From Acutalibacteraceae bacterium (GTDB lineage: Bacteria > Bacillota > Clostridia > Oscillospirales > Acutalibacteraceae): a stretch of 64,000 nt of DNA. The notes beneath the pieces were generated by a model. It was not told the origin of the DNA. It saw nothing but the letters and a program-made list of their open reading frames with translations, and did not search any database. Positions 27,519-37,434 of this stretch are shown here, in pieces. The stretch is from NCBI GenBank assembly GCA_045593245.1, contig JAZNWJ010000043.1, forward strand, positions 36,254 to 100,253, written 5' to 3'. A program made the translations under genes and the position numbers. Numbering within the stretch: the first letter of the stretch is position 1; each line of letters begins with the position of its first letter.

Positions 27519-28793
27519 TTATCTATAACTTTCGTCACTTGAATATACACGCACGTAATCCACAATCATATCTGAATATTCGCCTGGTTTTAGTAGTAAT
27601 TCTCCAGTACCCTCACTATTAACGTGAGAGCTTATAAGCAAATATCCGGGTTGGTCGCAACCGTCGGTACCTGTCCAACGGTATGTTACCTGATCGTCAA
27701 TTAAGAATATGAAATCTGTAGGTGTCCATTGAACTGCAAATTTATGGAATTTTCCGTCAAAAATTTCGGGCATTTCAGGGGACATAACGCCGTGACCCTG
27801 GGTTTTCGTTATCCAATCACCCGCTTCGTTTTGGAACCATCCGTATCCGTCCCAGAACAATGCGTGTCTTGCCGCATTTTTGTTAAGGAGTGTTTCAAAT
27901 ATATCAATCTCTACTCCGTTTTTTGTTGAATTATCTTCGGGAGCATCGTCATCATCCATATCGCCGGCCAAAATCCAACCAGCGCCCCACATACCGGTTG
28001 TAAGATGTGGGCGAACACTCATTTCATAATAACCGTAGCGTGATTCAAAACCGTTTTCGGTAGAAATAAGTGAAGAGGTATAGATAGGTTTACCATCTTT
28101 ATTTTTTTCGGATAACGCTTTTACGCGGTTTATAAGGTGACCATTGCCATCCAAAAATACATTTTCTTTAACATAACCATAGCTATATTCATCCCTTGTT
28201 TCGTGCTCGAGACCTGTGTCCCAAACGTCAGCCCACACGTCTGTGTTAAGGGTATCGCCTTCAAACTCGTCCTCAAAAATCAGCTTGTAATTACTTGCAA
28301 ATTCAAGTTCAAAATCAAGAGTAATTCCCGAAAGACGATGGGTAGCAGTTCCCTTTACGGATTTGTGAGTTGCTTTGTAATTTGCCGGCACAGTAACAAT
28401 AAGACCGTCGACTTTTATATCTTTTGAGTCAAATGAATAGTCACACGAAATTTTAAGGTCTTGTCCCTTATCGTTTAAAACCTCGGTAATTTCGTACTGT
28501 GCTTCACCGTTTGGTATATCTTTGTAGCAGGTATAACCTACCGATTCAAGACTTTTAAGCCCAAACATCTTTTCAAAATCAATTGATACCGTGCTCTGAG
28601 TATTGTTTGTGGGAGTGTCAACTTCAGAAGACGTTGTTGAAGAAACTTCGGAAGATGTGGATGAAGGCAAAGAGCTTGGAGTGGATGTTAAACTTGAAGT
28701 AGATGAGGATGAGAAAGTGTCGCTTTTACGGCAAGCGGTACACGTGAGCATAGTAAGACAAAGTATAACACATACAAAACATTTAATCTTCAT
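27519..28793 (-). CDS. GH16 family glycoside hydrolase lipoprotein, paralog 2
   Basis: It has a lipobox (LTCTAC), a Ser/Thr-rich linker and the ExDxxE motif in NGVEIDIFETL. It has the same architecture as, and is collinear with, the 26291-27508 product. Confidence 0.8.
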   Translation of the reverse strand: MKIKCFVCVILCLTMLTCTACRKSDTFSSSSTSSLTSTPSSLPSSTSSEVSSTTSSEVDTPTNNTQSTVSIDFEKMFGLKSLESVGYTCYKDIPNGEAQYEITEVLNDKGQDLKISCDYSFDSKDIKVDGLIVTVPANYKATHKSVKGTATHRLSGITLDFELEFASNYKLIFEDEFEGDTLNTDVWADVWDTGLEHETRDEYSYGYVKENVFLDGNGHLINRVKALSEKNKDGKPIYTSSLISTENGFESRYGYYEMSVRPHLTTGMWGAGWILAGDMDDDDAPEDNSTKNGVEIDIFETLLNKNAARHALFWDGYGWFQNEAGDWITKTQGHGVMSPEMPEIFDGKFHKFAVQWTPTDFIFLIDDQVTYRWTGTDGCDQPGYLLISSHVNSEGTGELLLKPGEYSDMIVDYVRVYSSDESYR

Positions 28794-29487
28794 TTTCTGT
28801 CACCTCTATTGTGTATTTATCTTTATGATAAGATTTTATAATGCCTATTGCCATAATAACAGCAAGCGCTGAAAACACTGCAATACCTATAATTATAAAG
28901 ACTGTAGGTATGGTGTAATCGGGAACATCAAGCGGTTTTTCTTGCAAGGAAAAGCTTTCGAATGCTGACGTTATATCGTCTGAGGTATCTTCACCCTCAT
29001 TGTATCCTGCAAAATAAAAGGTTTTATTGTTGCAGATTGTTATGTACTGAGTAACGGTATAAATGCCGCCGCTGTCCTTGCGGGTGTTTTTTACGCAAAC
29101 AAAATTTCTGTCGTTGTTTGAAACGATGTGCGCCATATTTTCATTGTCTTCGCTTACAGCGCTTGCAAATTCGGCAAGCGCATGTTCATCAAGATTGGAT
29201 ATATCACCCGCAGCAGAGGAAAAATTGTCGGTAAAAGCCGATAATTTTATTTGTGTTTTGTTGTCATCCGACACAGCGAGGTATATAAGGCCGCTCTGAT
29301 GAAAGTAACTGTTAAGTTCATCGCCTGACATATTGAGTTTTTCTGATATTTCACTTAAATCATCGCCGTATTGTACCGATGTGAATTTTTCACCCGGAGA
29401 TATTGTGTATTCATAGCCTGTGGCATTAACGGTAATGCTCAACAGCATAATAAAAATTACAATTACAGCTAAAACACGGTATTTCAA
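28783..29487 (-). CDS. Hypothetical secreted protein with a C-terminal TM anchor
   Basis: It has an N-terminal signal peptide (MKYRVLAVIVIFIMLLSITVNA) and a C-terminal TM segment (TVFIIIGIAVFSALAVIMAIGII). It uses a TTG start 4 nt after AGGTGA, so the start is uncertain. Confidence 0.55.
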   Translation of the reverse strand: MKYRVLAVIVIFIMLLSITVNATGYEYTISPGEKFTSVQYGDDLSEISEKLNMSGDELNSYFHQSGLIYLAVSDDNKTQIKLSAFTDNFSSAAGDISNLDEHALAEFASAVSEDNENMAHIVSNNDRNFVCVKNTRKDSGGIYTVTQYITICNNKTFYFAGYNEGEDTSDDITSAFESFSLQEKPLDVPDYTIPTVFIIIGIAVFSALAVIMAIGIIKSYHKDKYTIEVTENED

Positions 29488-29495
29488 AAAATCAC

Positions 29496-30347
29496 CTAAA
29501 TCAAATTATTCTGGCGCTTTGCAGCGGTAAGGGTGTTTTGCATCAAAGTGGCTATTGTCATAGGTCCAACACCGCCGGGGACGGGTGTGATGTATGATGC
29601 CTTGCGGCTTACTGCATCAAAATCGACGTCACCGCAAAGTTTTCCATCTAATCGGTTCATACCAACGTCTATTATAACGGCGCCGTCCTTTACCATATCG
29701 GCGGTAACAAAGTTTGCTTTACCTACTGCTGCAACAAGTATATCGGCACGACGGGTGACCTCGGCAAGATTGTTAGTTCTTGAATGGGAAATAGTAACTG
29801 TACCGTTCTTGTGAAGTAGTAACATACCCATAGGCTTACCGACAATATTTGAACGACCTATTACTACACATTCTTTTCCGCAAACATCAATGTTATAGTA
29901 GGCGAGCATTTCCATAACGCCTGCAGGGGTGCAGGGAAGAAAATCGTAGTCGCCAATCATTATTCTGCCAACGTTTACAGGATGAAAAGCGTCAACGTCT
30001 TTGTTTGGGTCAATTGTTTCGATAACCAACTTTTCGTCAAGACCTTTTGGTAGTGGTAATTGACAAAGTATACCATTTACTGTTTTGTCGGCGTTTAATT
30101 CTTTAACAAGTGTTAAAAGCTCGTCCTGCGTGGTGGTTTCGGGTAACAAATATTCTTTTGAGATAATACCCAATTGTTCGCATGCTTTTTTCTTATTGGC
30201 AACGTATATCTGAGATGCAGGGTCCTGACCTACAAGTATTACTGCAAGACATACGCTGATACCCTGTTCGTTTAATTCTTTTACCTGGGCGGCAACACGG
30301 TCTTTTACGGCTGATGATACGAGCTTTCCATCAATTATATTACTCAT
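29496..30347 (-). CDS. folD: Bifunctional methylenetetrahydrofolate dehydrogenase / methenyl-THF cyclohydrolase
   Basis: VILVGQDPASQIYV, LPLP, GRSNIVGKP and TPVPGGVGPMT are classical FolD blocks. Confidence 0.95.
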   Translation of the reverse strand: MSNIIDGKLVSSAVKDRVAAQVKELNEQGISVCLAVILVGQDPASQIYVANKKKACEQLGIISKEYLLPETTTQDELLTLVKELNADKTVNGILCQLPLPKGLDEKLVIETIDPNKDVDAFHPVNVGRIMIGDYDFLPCTPAGVMEMLAYYNIDVCGKECVVIGRSNIVGKPMGMLLLHKNGTVTISHSRTNNLAEVTRRADILVAAVGKANFVTADMVKDGAVIIDVGMNRLDGKLCGDVDFDAVSRKASYITPVPGGVGPMTIATLMQNTLTAAKRQNNLI

Positions 30348-31260
30348 TGTCGTTCTCCTCTTGTGGTGTATCTTCGGGTGTGGTTTCTTCTAATTCGAGG
30401 TCAGCATACTCGTCACGGAACATTTCAACGTAGTTTGTGTCGGTAGCAGCTACCTTTTGCTTTTTGTTTATTACTATAAGTGTAACGGCAGCAGCAAGGC
30501 AGATTATAACCGACACCAGAACCGACACTCTGAGATTTCCAAGCATAAGGCTGTCAGTGCGCAGATTTTCGATTATGGAGCGTTCAAATCCGTACCATAC
30601 GCAGTACAAAAGTGTAATCTGACCGCTGAATTTACGTTTTTTGGAGAAATGATTAAGTACAAAGAAGCCTGCTATACACCAGATTGATTCGTACAAAAAA
30701 CAGGGGTGAACAAGACCTTCACCCATTTCGGCAATGGTGCGGTTACTTTGCATACCCCACCAGGTGCTGCCTGTAAACGAGCCATAGGCTTCCTGATTCA
30801 TAAAGTTTCCCCAACGACCTATACCTTGTCCGATAAGAAAAGCTGTGGCAGCAAGATCAAACATATCAAAAATTTTAATCTTTTTAATTTTACACATAAC
30901 AGCGCCACAGGCAAAAGCACCAATAACCGCGCCGTAGATTGCAATACCAGAAAAGCCCTCTCCACCACCAAAACCGAAAAAGTCGGCAACGCTTGTAACT
31001 TTTATGCCGTCAAAAATAACGTAATAAATACGTGCGCAAAGTATTGATACCGGAGTTGTGACAATAACAACGTCAAGCATTTTATCGGTATCAACACCGA
31101 AACGCTCGGCGTTTTTCATACCGTAAATAATAGCAAGCATAAATCCGAGTGCTATTAAAATACCGTACCAATATATAGGCCATCCGTTACCAATAGGTAT
31201 AGTAAATGCGATTGGATTAAAGGTAAGGTGGATACCAAAAATTGTAACATCGTAACTCAT
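30340..31260 (-). CDS. lgt: Prolipoprotein diacylglyceryl transferase
   Basis: It has IYWYGILIALGF and the Lgt signature GRWGNFMNQEAYG. Confidence 0.92.
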   Translation of the reverse strand: MSYDVTIFGIHLTFNPIAFTIPIGNGWPIYWYGILIALGFMLAIIYGMKNAERFGVDTDKMLDVVIVTTPVSILCARIYYVIFDGIKVTSVADFFGFGGGEGFSGIAIYGAVIGAFACGAVMCKIKKIKIFDMFDLAATAFLIGQGIGRWGNFMNQEAYGSFTGSTWWGMQSNRTIAEMGEGLVHPCFLYESIWCIAGFFVLNHFSKKRKFSGQITLLYCVWYGFERSIIENLRTDSLMLGNLRVSVLVSVIICLAAAVTLIVINKKQKVAATDTNYVEMFRDEYADLELEETTPEDTPQEENDNE

Positions 31261-31261
31261 T

Positions 31262-32533
31262 TTAGTCCTCCAAAGGTTTGATTACCGATAAAACGGCGTT
31301 TTCGTCATCAAACACGTCAAAGCGTTTCATAACATCGTCGTAGCTTACCGATTTCACCATTTTGATTTCGTCAAAGAGACTATATCCGCACATAGCACAT
31401 TCGGTAAGGCTCATTGCAAGGTTTTCTACGCTGTTAAAGCGGCGTACCATATCGCCATACATAGCGCATTTAACTGCAGAGAACAATTTTTTGTTTATTC
31501 CTTCAACACGCAGGCGGTTGATTTCTGCTTTGATTTCATTTGCTACACGCTCAGGATCGTGCGACTCACCTTCGAAAATTACAGCGGCATAACCGTTGCC
31601 GTTGAAGTATTCGCTATCAAAATCATCGTTTATAAGTCCTTCGTTCATAAGACGAGCGTAAAGGGGAGAAGCGTCACCACATATAATCTGAAGCAATAAG
31701 TCTACACAAACCTTACTCTTTAAGCGGCGATGTGGTGTGTCGATTTTTTGCTTGAATCCAAGACAAAACATTGGTGTGTTTACTGCAAGACGTTGTTCTA
31801 CGTAAGGTTTAACAATGGTTTGCGGCTCGTGGAATTCACCTCGGGTAATTTCTACGGGTTGTTTGTCAACAATTGATTTTTCAATCTGTTTTAAGGTTTT
31901 GTCAACATCGATATTACCAACCAGACAAATAAACATATTTGAGGGGTTATAAAACGTTTCGTAGCATTTGTAAAGTAGGTCAGCATCGATTTGTGCAATC
32001 GACTCAACAGTGCCCGCTATATCAATGCGAACGGGGTGGCTGTGGTACATACCTTTTAGCAGATTGAACATAACTCGCCAGCCGGGGTTGTCGTCATACA
32101 TACGTATTTCCTGACCGATGATGCCCTGTTCTTTTTCTACGTTTTCTTTTGTAAAGTATGGTGATTGCACAAACGAAAGCAATATATCAAGATTTTCGTA
32201 AAAATTATCACTGCAAGAAAATAGGTAGCAGGTGCGGTCAAACGATGTGAATGCATTTGCCGAAGCGCCTGTCTGCGCATATTTTGAAAAAGCGTCGCCG
32301 TCTTCACCCTCAAACAGCTTGTGTTCAAGATAGTGGGCAATACCCTCGGGTACGGTAATCATTTCTTCATTATTTTTTGCAAAACGCGTATCAATAGAAC
32401 CGTATCGGGTACCGTAAATAGCATAACTCGATGAATACTGCGGTTTTTCCATAATGTAAATTTCAAGACCGTTTGGCATTACGGCTTTTACGTAGCTTTC
32501 TTCGCCAAAGCCTTCAAAAATCTGTTTTTTCAT
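31262..32533 (-). CDS. M16 (pitrilysin/insulinase) family zinc peptidase, catalytic-type subunit
   Basis: It has the HxxEH zinc motif in GIAHYLEHKLFEG. It is paired with a second M16 gene, as in the YmfF/YmfH-type pair. Confidence 0.85.
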   Translation of the reverse strand: MKKQIFEGFGEESYVKAVMPNGLEIYIMEKPQYSSSYAIYGTRYGSIDTRFAKNNEEMITVPEGIAHYLEHKLFEGEDGDAFSKYAQTGASANAFTSFDRTCYLFSCSDNFYENLDILLSFVQSPYFTKENVEKEQGIIGQEIRMYDDNPGWRVMFNLLKGMYHSHPVRIDIAGTVESIAQIDADLLYKCYETFYNPSNMFICLVGNIDVDKTLKQIEKSIVDKQPVEITRGEFHEPQTIVKPYVEQRLAVNTPMFCLGFKQKIDTPHRRLKSKVCVDLLLQIICGDASPLYARLMNEGLINDDFDSEYFNGNGYAAVIFEGESHDPERVANEIKAEINRLRVEGINKKLFSAVKCAMYGDMVRRFNSVENLAMSLTECAMCGYSLFDEIKMVKSVSYDDVMKRFDVFDDENAVLSVIKPLED

Positions 32534-33819
32534 TATGCGTCACCATCCTTGTCGTCGGGCAGAAGTTTATATACTGTGTGTAGTTTTACACCGCGTGCGG
32601 CATAAACCACATCGTTACGGGTTACCTTTAAAATATCTTCAGCAGCTTCCTCGGGTGAGATAAGCTTATCTTTTACGATTTTGAGCGAATACCAAGCATC
32701 CAAAAGACCTTGTGAATCGTTGTATGATTTGAACGAATCGGTAATGCTCTTTATAGAGGATTGGAATTCTTCATCGGTGAATAAATTCTGCTTGATTATA
32801 CTAAGCTGATTTAAAATTTCCTTTTCGGCTTTGTCAGCATTTTCTTTTTCTATGCCGCTGTCAACCGTGATAAGACCTTTGGATTTTACCGAACTTGAAG
32901 CACAGTAGTAACAAAGGCTGTATTTTTCACGCACATTGGTGAATAGTCTTGAATATGGGCCGCCGCCGAAGATATCGCACATAACGGTAAGCGCGGCGGT
33001 AGATGAATCATCACCGTAAAGTTCACTTGAAAAGCCCATACATAATTTACCTTGAGCAATGTCCATTTTTTCAACAACAGTGTTGGGCTTATCGATAGCC
33101 TTTGTTGGAGCGCTTTGTGTGCAGTCGGGGATGTTATTGCGTGTGAGTGAGTCAAACTTTTCGGATATACTGTCAAAAAGACCGTTTGGCATTACGCGTG
33201 AAATTACGTTAACACGTAAAAAGGCGGTAGAAAGCAATTTTTTCCAAGCGGCATAGAGTGACTCTCCGGTGATTTGTTCTACCTGTTCCTCGGTGCCGCA
33301 TTTAGGCAGTCCGTAGGACTCGCCCTTATACATTTCTTCTATAAGACGCTTTTTGGCATAGGTGCGCTTTTGCGCCAAGTCGCCGCGGATGTGCTCAATA
33401 GCTTTACGCTTTTCGCGAGCAACGTCTTCTTCGCAAAACGCTTCGTTTTTCACCTTGGGTTCAAAAATCAGTTGGGTGAGCAACTGAACTGCGCTATCAC
33501 AAAGGGATTCATCGTCAAGAGCGAAACGGTCGTCTATGGTAGATATTGCAATTTTTAAAAGCTGATAGTCGCCAACTTTTTCGGCACTTGCCGAAAGATT
33601 TGCGCCATAAAGCTTTGCAAGCTTGAAGTTGAGTGATGAAAAGTCGGGGTAATCGGCGCTGCAGGTAGTCATTACAAAAGGTAATAACGCATACTCGGCG
33701 ACAGTTTCGCGTGCGAGCGGCACATAAAAGTTAAATGATATGAGGGTGGTATTGAAACGGTCGTTTTTAATAAATACGCCCTCAGCTCCGTTTGAAAGTT
33801 GTGTGATTTTAGCAGACAT
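32533..33819 (-). CDS. M16 family peptidase-like protein lacking the HxxEH motif (non-catalytic partner)
   Basis: Its length and architecture are insulinase-like and I see no HxxEH. It is translationally coupled to the downstream M16 gene. Confidence 0.75.
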   Translation of the reverse strand: MSAKITQLSNGAEGVFIKNDRFNTTLISFNFYVPLARETVAEYALLPFVMTTCSADYPDFSSLNFKLAKLYGANLSASAEKVGDYQLLKIAISTIDDRFALDDESLCDSAVQLLTQLIFEPKVKNEAFCEEDVAREKRKAIEHIRGDLAQKRTYAKKRLIEEMYKGESYGLPKCGTEEQVEQITGESLYAAWKKLLSTAFLRVNVISRVMPNGLFDSISEKFDSLTRNNIPDCTQSAPTKAIDKPNTVVEKMDIAQGKLCMGFSSELYGDDSSTAALTVMCDIFGGGPYSRLFTNVREKYSLCYYCASSSVKSKGLITVDSGIEKENADKAEKEILNQLSIIKQNLFTDEEFQSSIKSITDSFKSYNDSQGLLDAWYSLKIVKDKLISPEEAAEDILKVTRNDVVYAARGVKLHTVYKLLPDDKDGDA

Positions 33820-33838
33820 TTTGTTTCCTCCTGAAAAA

Positions 33839-34405
33839 TCAAATGTTTATTTTAAAATCTTTTAGCATAAGTGACAGTTCGCAAATGGGAAGGCCAACCA
33901 CATTGAAGTAGTCACCCACAATTCCGCTTACAAATTTTGAACCACGGCCCTGGATGCCGTAAGCTCCCGCTTTGTCCATAGGCTCGCGAGTTTCGATATA
34001 GGCAGTTATTTCCTCGTCAGAAATATCACGGAAGGTAACGGCGGTAGTGACAACACGGGTTTCGTGCTTATTATCTTGAAGCACTGTAACAGCGGTGTGT
34101 ACGTTATGGGTTTTGCCGGAAAGTCGACTGAGCATTTTGAAAGCGTCACCTTCGTTGGCAGGTTTACCCATAAGGCAGCCGTCAAGTTCAACTATTGTAT
34201 CGGCCGAAATTATAACAGCATTGTTGTCAGTATTATTGGCAACAGCAAGCGCTTTTTCATAGCTTATGCGCGCAACCTCGTCGGTTACGGGCAATGACGC
34301 GTTCATAGTTTCATCAATATCGGCGGTAATGATTTCGAAATCTAAATCCAGAAGTCCCAGAAGTTCTTTTCTACGGGGTGATTTGGATGCTAAAACAATA
34401 TTCAT
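33839..34405 (-). CDS. maf: Maf-like nucleoside triphosphate pyrophosphatase (septum formation protein)
   Basis: It has MNIVLASKSPRRKELL and DKAGAYGIQG. The track ORF extends 65 codons upstream without homology, so the start was moved to MNIVLAS. Confidence 0.88.
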   Translation of the reverse strand: MNIVLASKSPRRKELLGLLDLDFEIITADIDETMNASLPVTDEVARISYEKALAVANNTDNNAVIISADTIVELDGCLMGKPANEGDAFKMLSRLSGKTHNVHTAVTVLQDNKHETRVVTTAVTFRDISDEEITAYIETREPMDKAGAYGIQGRGSKFVSGIVGDYFNVVGLPICELSLMLKDFKINI

Positions 34406-34566
34406 ACAAACATTTACCCACTTTAATTTATATTTAATATATAATAACATAAATGCAAGAGTTTTGCAATGGGGAAAATAGGGGAAAGTTAGTAAATTGC
34501 GGGTTTGTTGACAACGGATATATGTGTATGGTATTATTAAGGTTACAAAAGTATAGGAGTAAATCA

Positions 34567-35148
34567 ATGAAAAAGGAAATTTCACCCAAAGCACGAGCAA
34601 TAAGGCGGCAATATGTATCTTGCGCTGTCATACTTTTTTCATCATTTTTAATTGGTTTGGCAGTAGATATAGTGCTGATAAATATACCATTAGGTTTAAT
34701 AATTGGACATACCGGTTCTATACTTGAGCAGATACTACATATTGCTGTCACTATGGTTGCAATGTTCGTGTTATGCTATAAAGAAGGGTATTACAATAGC
34801 AAGTTTGTATTTAAGCAACTGCTCGTGGCGCTTGTGTTAACTTTTATTACACAGGTAGCGTTGGTTTTTGTATTTGGCCCTACTATGTGGCTTTCAGGTC
34901 CGACTATATCTATTGCAGGAGATGTATTTGACGCTAAATATCCAGACTTGTCAGAGGCGGCATGGGTGCTGACAAAGGAAACAATATATAAATATAGATG
35001 GTTTTTCATGATAGTTGCTTTTTGGGTTCTTTATGCTCCTTCTATGATTTTAGGTAAGTATTTAGGAAGCAAAAAGGGCAAAAAAGATTCTGAAAAAGCA
35101 AAAGATAAAATAAAAAAAGAAAAGGTCTTCGGTGAACGTTTGCCTTAA
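34567..35148 (+). CDS. Hypothetical polytopic membrane protein with a Lys-rich tail
   Basis: It has four hydrophobic segments. A TAGGAG RBS precedes the Met of MKKEISPK. Confidence 0.5.
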   Translation: MKKEISPKARAIRRQYVSCAVILFSSFLIGLAVDIVLINIPLGLIIGHTGSILEQILHIAVTMVAMFVLCYKEGYYNSKFVFKQLLVALVLTFITQVALVFVFGPTMWLSGPTISIAGDVFDAKYPDLSEAAWVLTKETIYKYRWFFMIVAFWVLYAPSMILGKYLGSKKGKKDSEKAKDKIKKEKVFGERLP

Positions 35149-35191
35149 CATAAATGTTTTTTGCGGTCGGTTTATGCTGACCGTTTTTTGC

Positions 35192-35212
35192 AGCCTCCCT
35201 TGCCTAAAGGGA
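35192..35212. repeat. Inverted copy of the 21-nt hairpin sequence at 1914-1934
   Basis: agcctcccttgcctaaaggga is the reverse complement of tccctttaggcaagggaggct. In this copy the stem has one mismatch. Confidence 0.6.
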
Positions 35213-35244
35213 AGCTATATATACAATAATATTTTTCTTGTAAT

Positions 35245-35260
35245 TCCCAATATATTGTGT
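35245..35260 (+). promoter_or_regulatory. NrdR box in the spacer of the nrdR promoter
   Basis: tcccaatatattgtgt matches 14 of 16 positions of the NrdR-box palindrome acaCwAtATaTwGtgt. It exactly fills the 17-nt spacer between TTGTAA (35238-35243) and TATAAT (35261-35266). Confidence 0.55.
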
Positions 35261-35299
35261 TATAATAAACTGTAATTTTATATATAGGTGGTATTTGTT

Positions 35300-35752
35300 A
35301 TGAAATGTCCTTTTTGCGGTTATGAAGAAAGCAAGGTAATTGACTCTCGCCCTACAGATGAAGGCGAGCGTATTCGTCGTCGTCGCGAGTGTCTACAATG
35401 CGCTAAGCGTTTTACTACTTACGAGATGATTGAAAGTCTGCCGATAGTTGTTATCAAAAAAGACGGTTCACGCGAGACATTTGACCGTCAGAAACTGCTT
35501 ACAGGTATGCTTCGCGCTTGCGAAAAACGCCCCGTATCTATCGAAACACTTGACCATGCAATCAGCGATATTGAAACTGTTATTCAGAACTCACTTGATC
35601 GTGAGGTAAGCAGTGATAAAATCGGTGAGCTTGTTATGGATAAACTCAAGGGTATTGATGAGGTAGCATACGTGCGTTTTGCATCGGTTTACCGTCAGTT
35701 CAAGGACATAAATACCTTTATGAACGAATTAAACAAGTTACTTAGCAAATAG
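35300..35752 (+). CDS. nrdR: Transcriptional repressor NrdR (zinc ribbon plus ATP-cone)
   Basis: It has [18 protein letters not shown]...[12 protein letters not shown] and an ATP-cone. The start was moved to the Met of MKCPFC. Confidence 0.93.
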   Translation: MKCPFCGYEESKVIDSRPTDEGERIRRRRECLQCAKRFTTYEMIESLPIVVIKKDGSRETFDRQKLLTGMLRACEKRPVSIETLDHAISDIETVIQNSLDREVSSDKIGELVMDKLKGIDEVAYVRFASVYRQFKDINTFMNELNKLLSK

Positions 35753-35765
35753 GAGATATTTTTTA

Positions 35766-37421
35766 ATGGACAATCGCGAATTATTGGCAGAGTTGTTACT
35801 GCCTGATATTGATAAAACACCCGATTACTATGAGGCTTTATACCCCGAGCGCAATCTACCCGAGGGTGCACGTGTTGTACGTGTGGCACCGTCGCCTACA
35901 GGATATTTGCATCTGGGCACGCTGTTTACATCGCTTGTAAACCGTATTACCGCTACGTCTTCTGGCGGTGTGTTCTTTACCCGTATTGAAGATACCGACA
36001 AAAAACGCGAGGTAGAAGGCGGTATAGAGGATATTATTGATGGACTTCAGCGTTTTGGGATCACCATTGACGAGGGATTTATAAGCGGAAGCGAGCAAAG
36101 GGGTGACTATGGTCCATATCAGCAAAGCCACCGCGCTGAGATTTACCAGACATACGTTAAGGACCTTATAAAAAAAGGTCTTGCATATCCTTGCTTTTGT
36201 ACTGCTGAGGATTTAGAAGCGGTACGCAAGGTGCAGGAAGAAAACAAAATCCGCACAGGCTATCACGGTGAGTATGCAAAACACCGTGACATAACCTACG
36301 AAGAGGCTAAGGCCCTGATTGATGAGGGCAAGCCATTTGTTGTGCGTTTGCGTTCTCCCGGCAATGAAGAGAATCGCATCACGTTTGAGGATACCATTAA
36401 GGGTAAGATTGAAATGCCCGAAAATGACGAGGATTTTGTATTGCTTAAATCTGACGGTATACCAACCTATCACTTTGCTCACGCGATTGACGATCACCTT
36501 ATGCACACAACACACGTGCTTAGAGGTGATGAGTGGATTTCTTCGGTACCGAAGCACATTCAGCTTTTTAAATTGTTAGGGTTCAAAGTGCCGAAATTTG
36601 GTCACGTATCCCCGATTATGAAGCTTGACAACGGCGCAAAACGTAAGATATCAAAACGTAAGGACCCCGAGGCTGCAGTACATTTCTTTGCAGAGCAGGG
36701 TTATGAGTCCATTTGCGTTATAGAATATCTTATGACCATTGCAGCATCTGACTTTGAGGATTGGCGCCGCGCTAATCCTGACAGTGATTATCGTACCTTT
36801 AAGTTTAATCTTAAAAAGATGAGTGTCTCGGGTGCACTCTTTGACGAAAACAAGCTCAATGACGTCAGCAAGACAAAAATTGCCGCTATGAAAAGCGAAG
36901 AGGTTTATGACAGACTTACTGCTTGGGCAAAAGAATTTGACAGCGAGTTTTACGAGTTGCTAGTACACAACCCCGACTTTACAAAGGCAATGCTTGCAAT
37001 TGACCGTGATGATGCTAAAAAGCCGCGTAAGGATTTGGCAAAGTGGAGTGAGGCAAAAGAGTATTTTGCATTCTTCTTTAACGAGTATTATCAGCCTTGC
37101 CACACAATACCTGAAAACATTGATGCTGCTGATGCAAAGGCGTTCCTTACAGAATATAAAAAGGTTTATGATGCATCAGACGATCGTCAGTGTTGGTTTG
37201 ATAAAATTAAGTTAGTAGCACCGGCACTTGGCTTTGCCGCCGAAACCAAGGAATACAAAGCAAATCCCGACGCATACAAAGGCAGTGCAGGTGACCTTAG
37301 CACAATACTGCGTATTGCAATTACGGGTCGCACAAACACACCCGACCTTTGCAGTATAATGCAGGTATTGGGTAAAGACGAATGCTTTAAACGAATTGAC
37401 GATATGATCAGTTCTCTTTGA
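35766..37421 (+). CDS. gltX: Glutamate--tRNA ligase (long, about 550-aa form)
   Basis: It has class I motifs: the HIGH region PSPTGYLHLGT and the KMSKS-like KISKRK, plus RIEDTD. Confidence 0.8.
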   Translation: MDNRELLAELLLPDIDKTPDYYEALYPERNLPEGARVVRVAPSPTGYLHLGTLFTSLVNRITATSSGGVFFTRIEDTDKKREVEGGIEDIIDGLQRFGITIDEGFISGSEQRGDYGPYQQSHRAEIYQTYVKDLIKKGLAYPCFCTAEDLEAVRKVQEENKIRTGYHGEYAKHRDITYEEAKALIDEGKPFVVRLRSPGNEENRITFEDTIKGKIEMPENDEDFVLLKSDGIPTYHFAHAIDDHLMHTTHVLRGDEWISSVPKHIQLFKLLGFKVPKFGHVSPIMKLDNGAKRKISKRKDPEAAVHFFAEQGYESICVIEYLMTIAASDFEDWRRANPDSDYRTFKFNLKKMSVSGALFDENKLNDVSKTKIAAMKSEEVYDRLTAWAKEFDSEFYELLVHNPDFTKAMLAIDRDDAKKPRKDLAKWSEAKEYFAFFFNEYYQPCHTIPENIDAADAKAFLTEYKKVYDASDDRQCWFDKIKLVAPALGFAAETKEYKANPDAYKGSAGDLSTILRIAITGRTNTPDLCSIMQVLGKDECFKRIDDMISSL

Positions 37422-37434
37422 GGAGTTTTATAAA

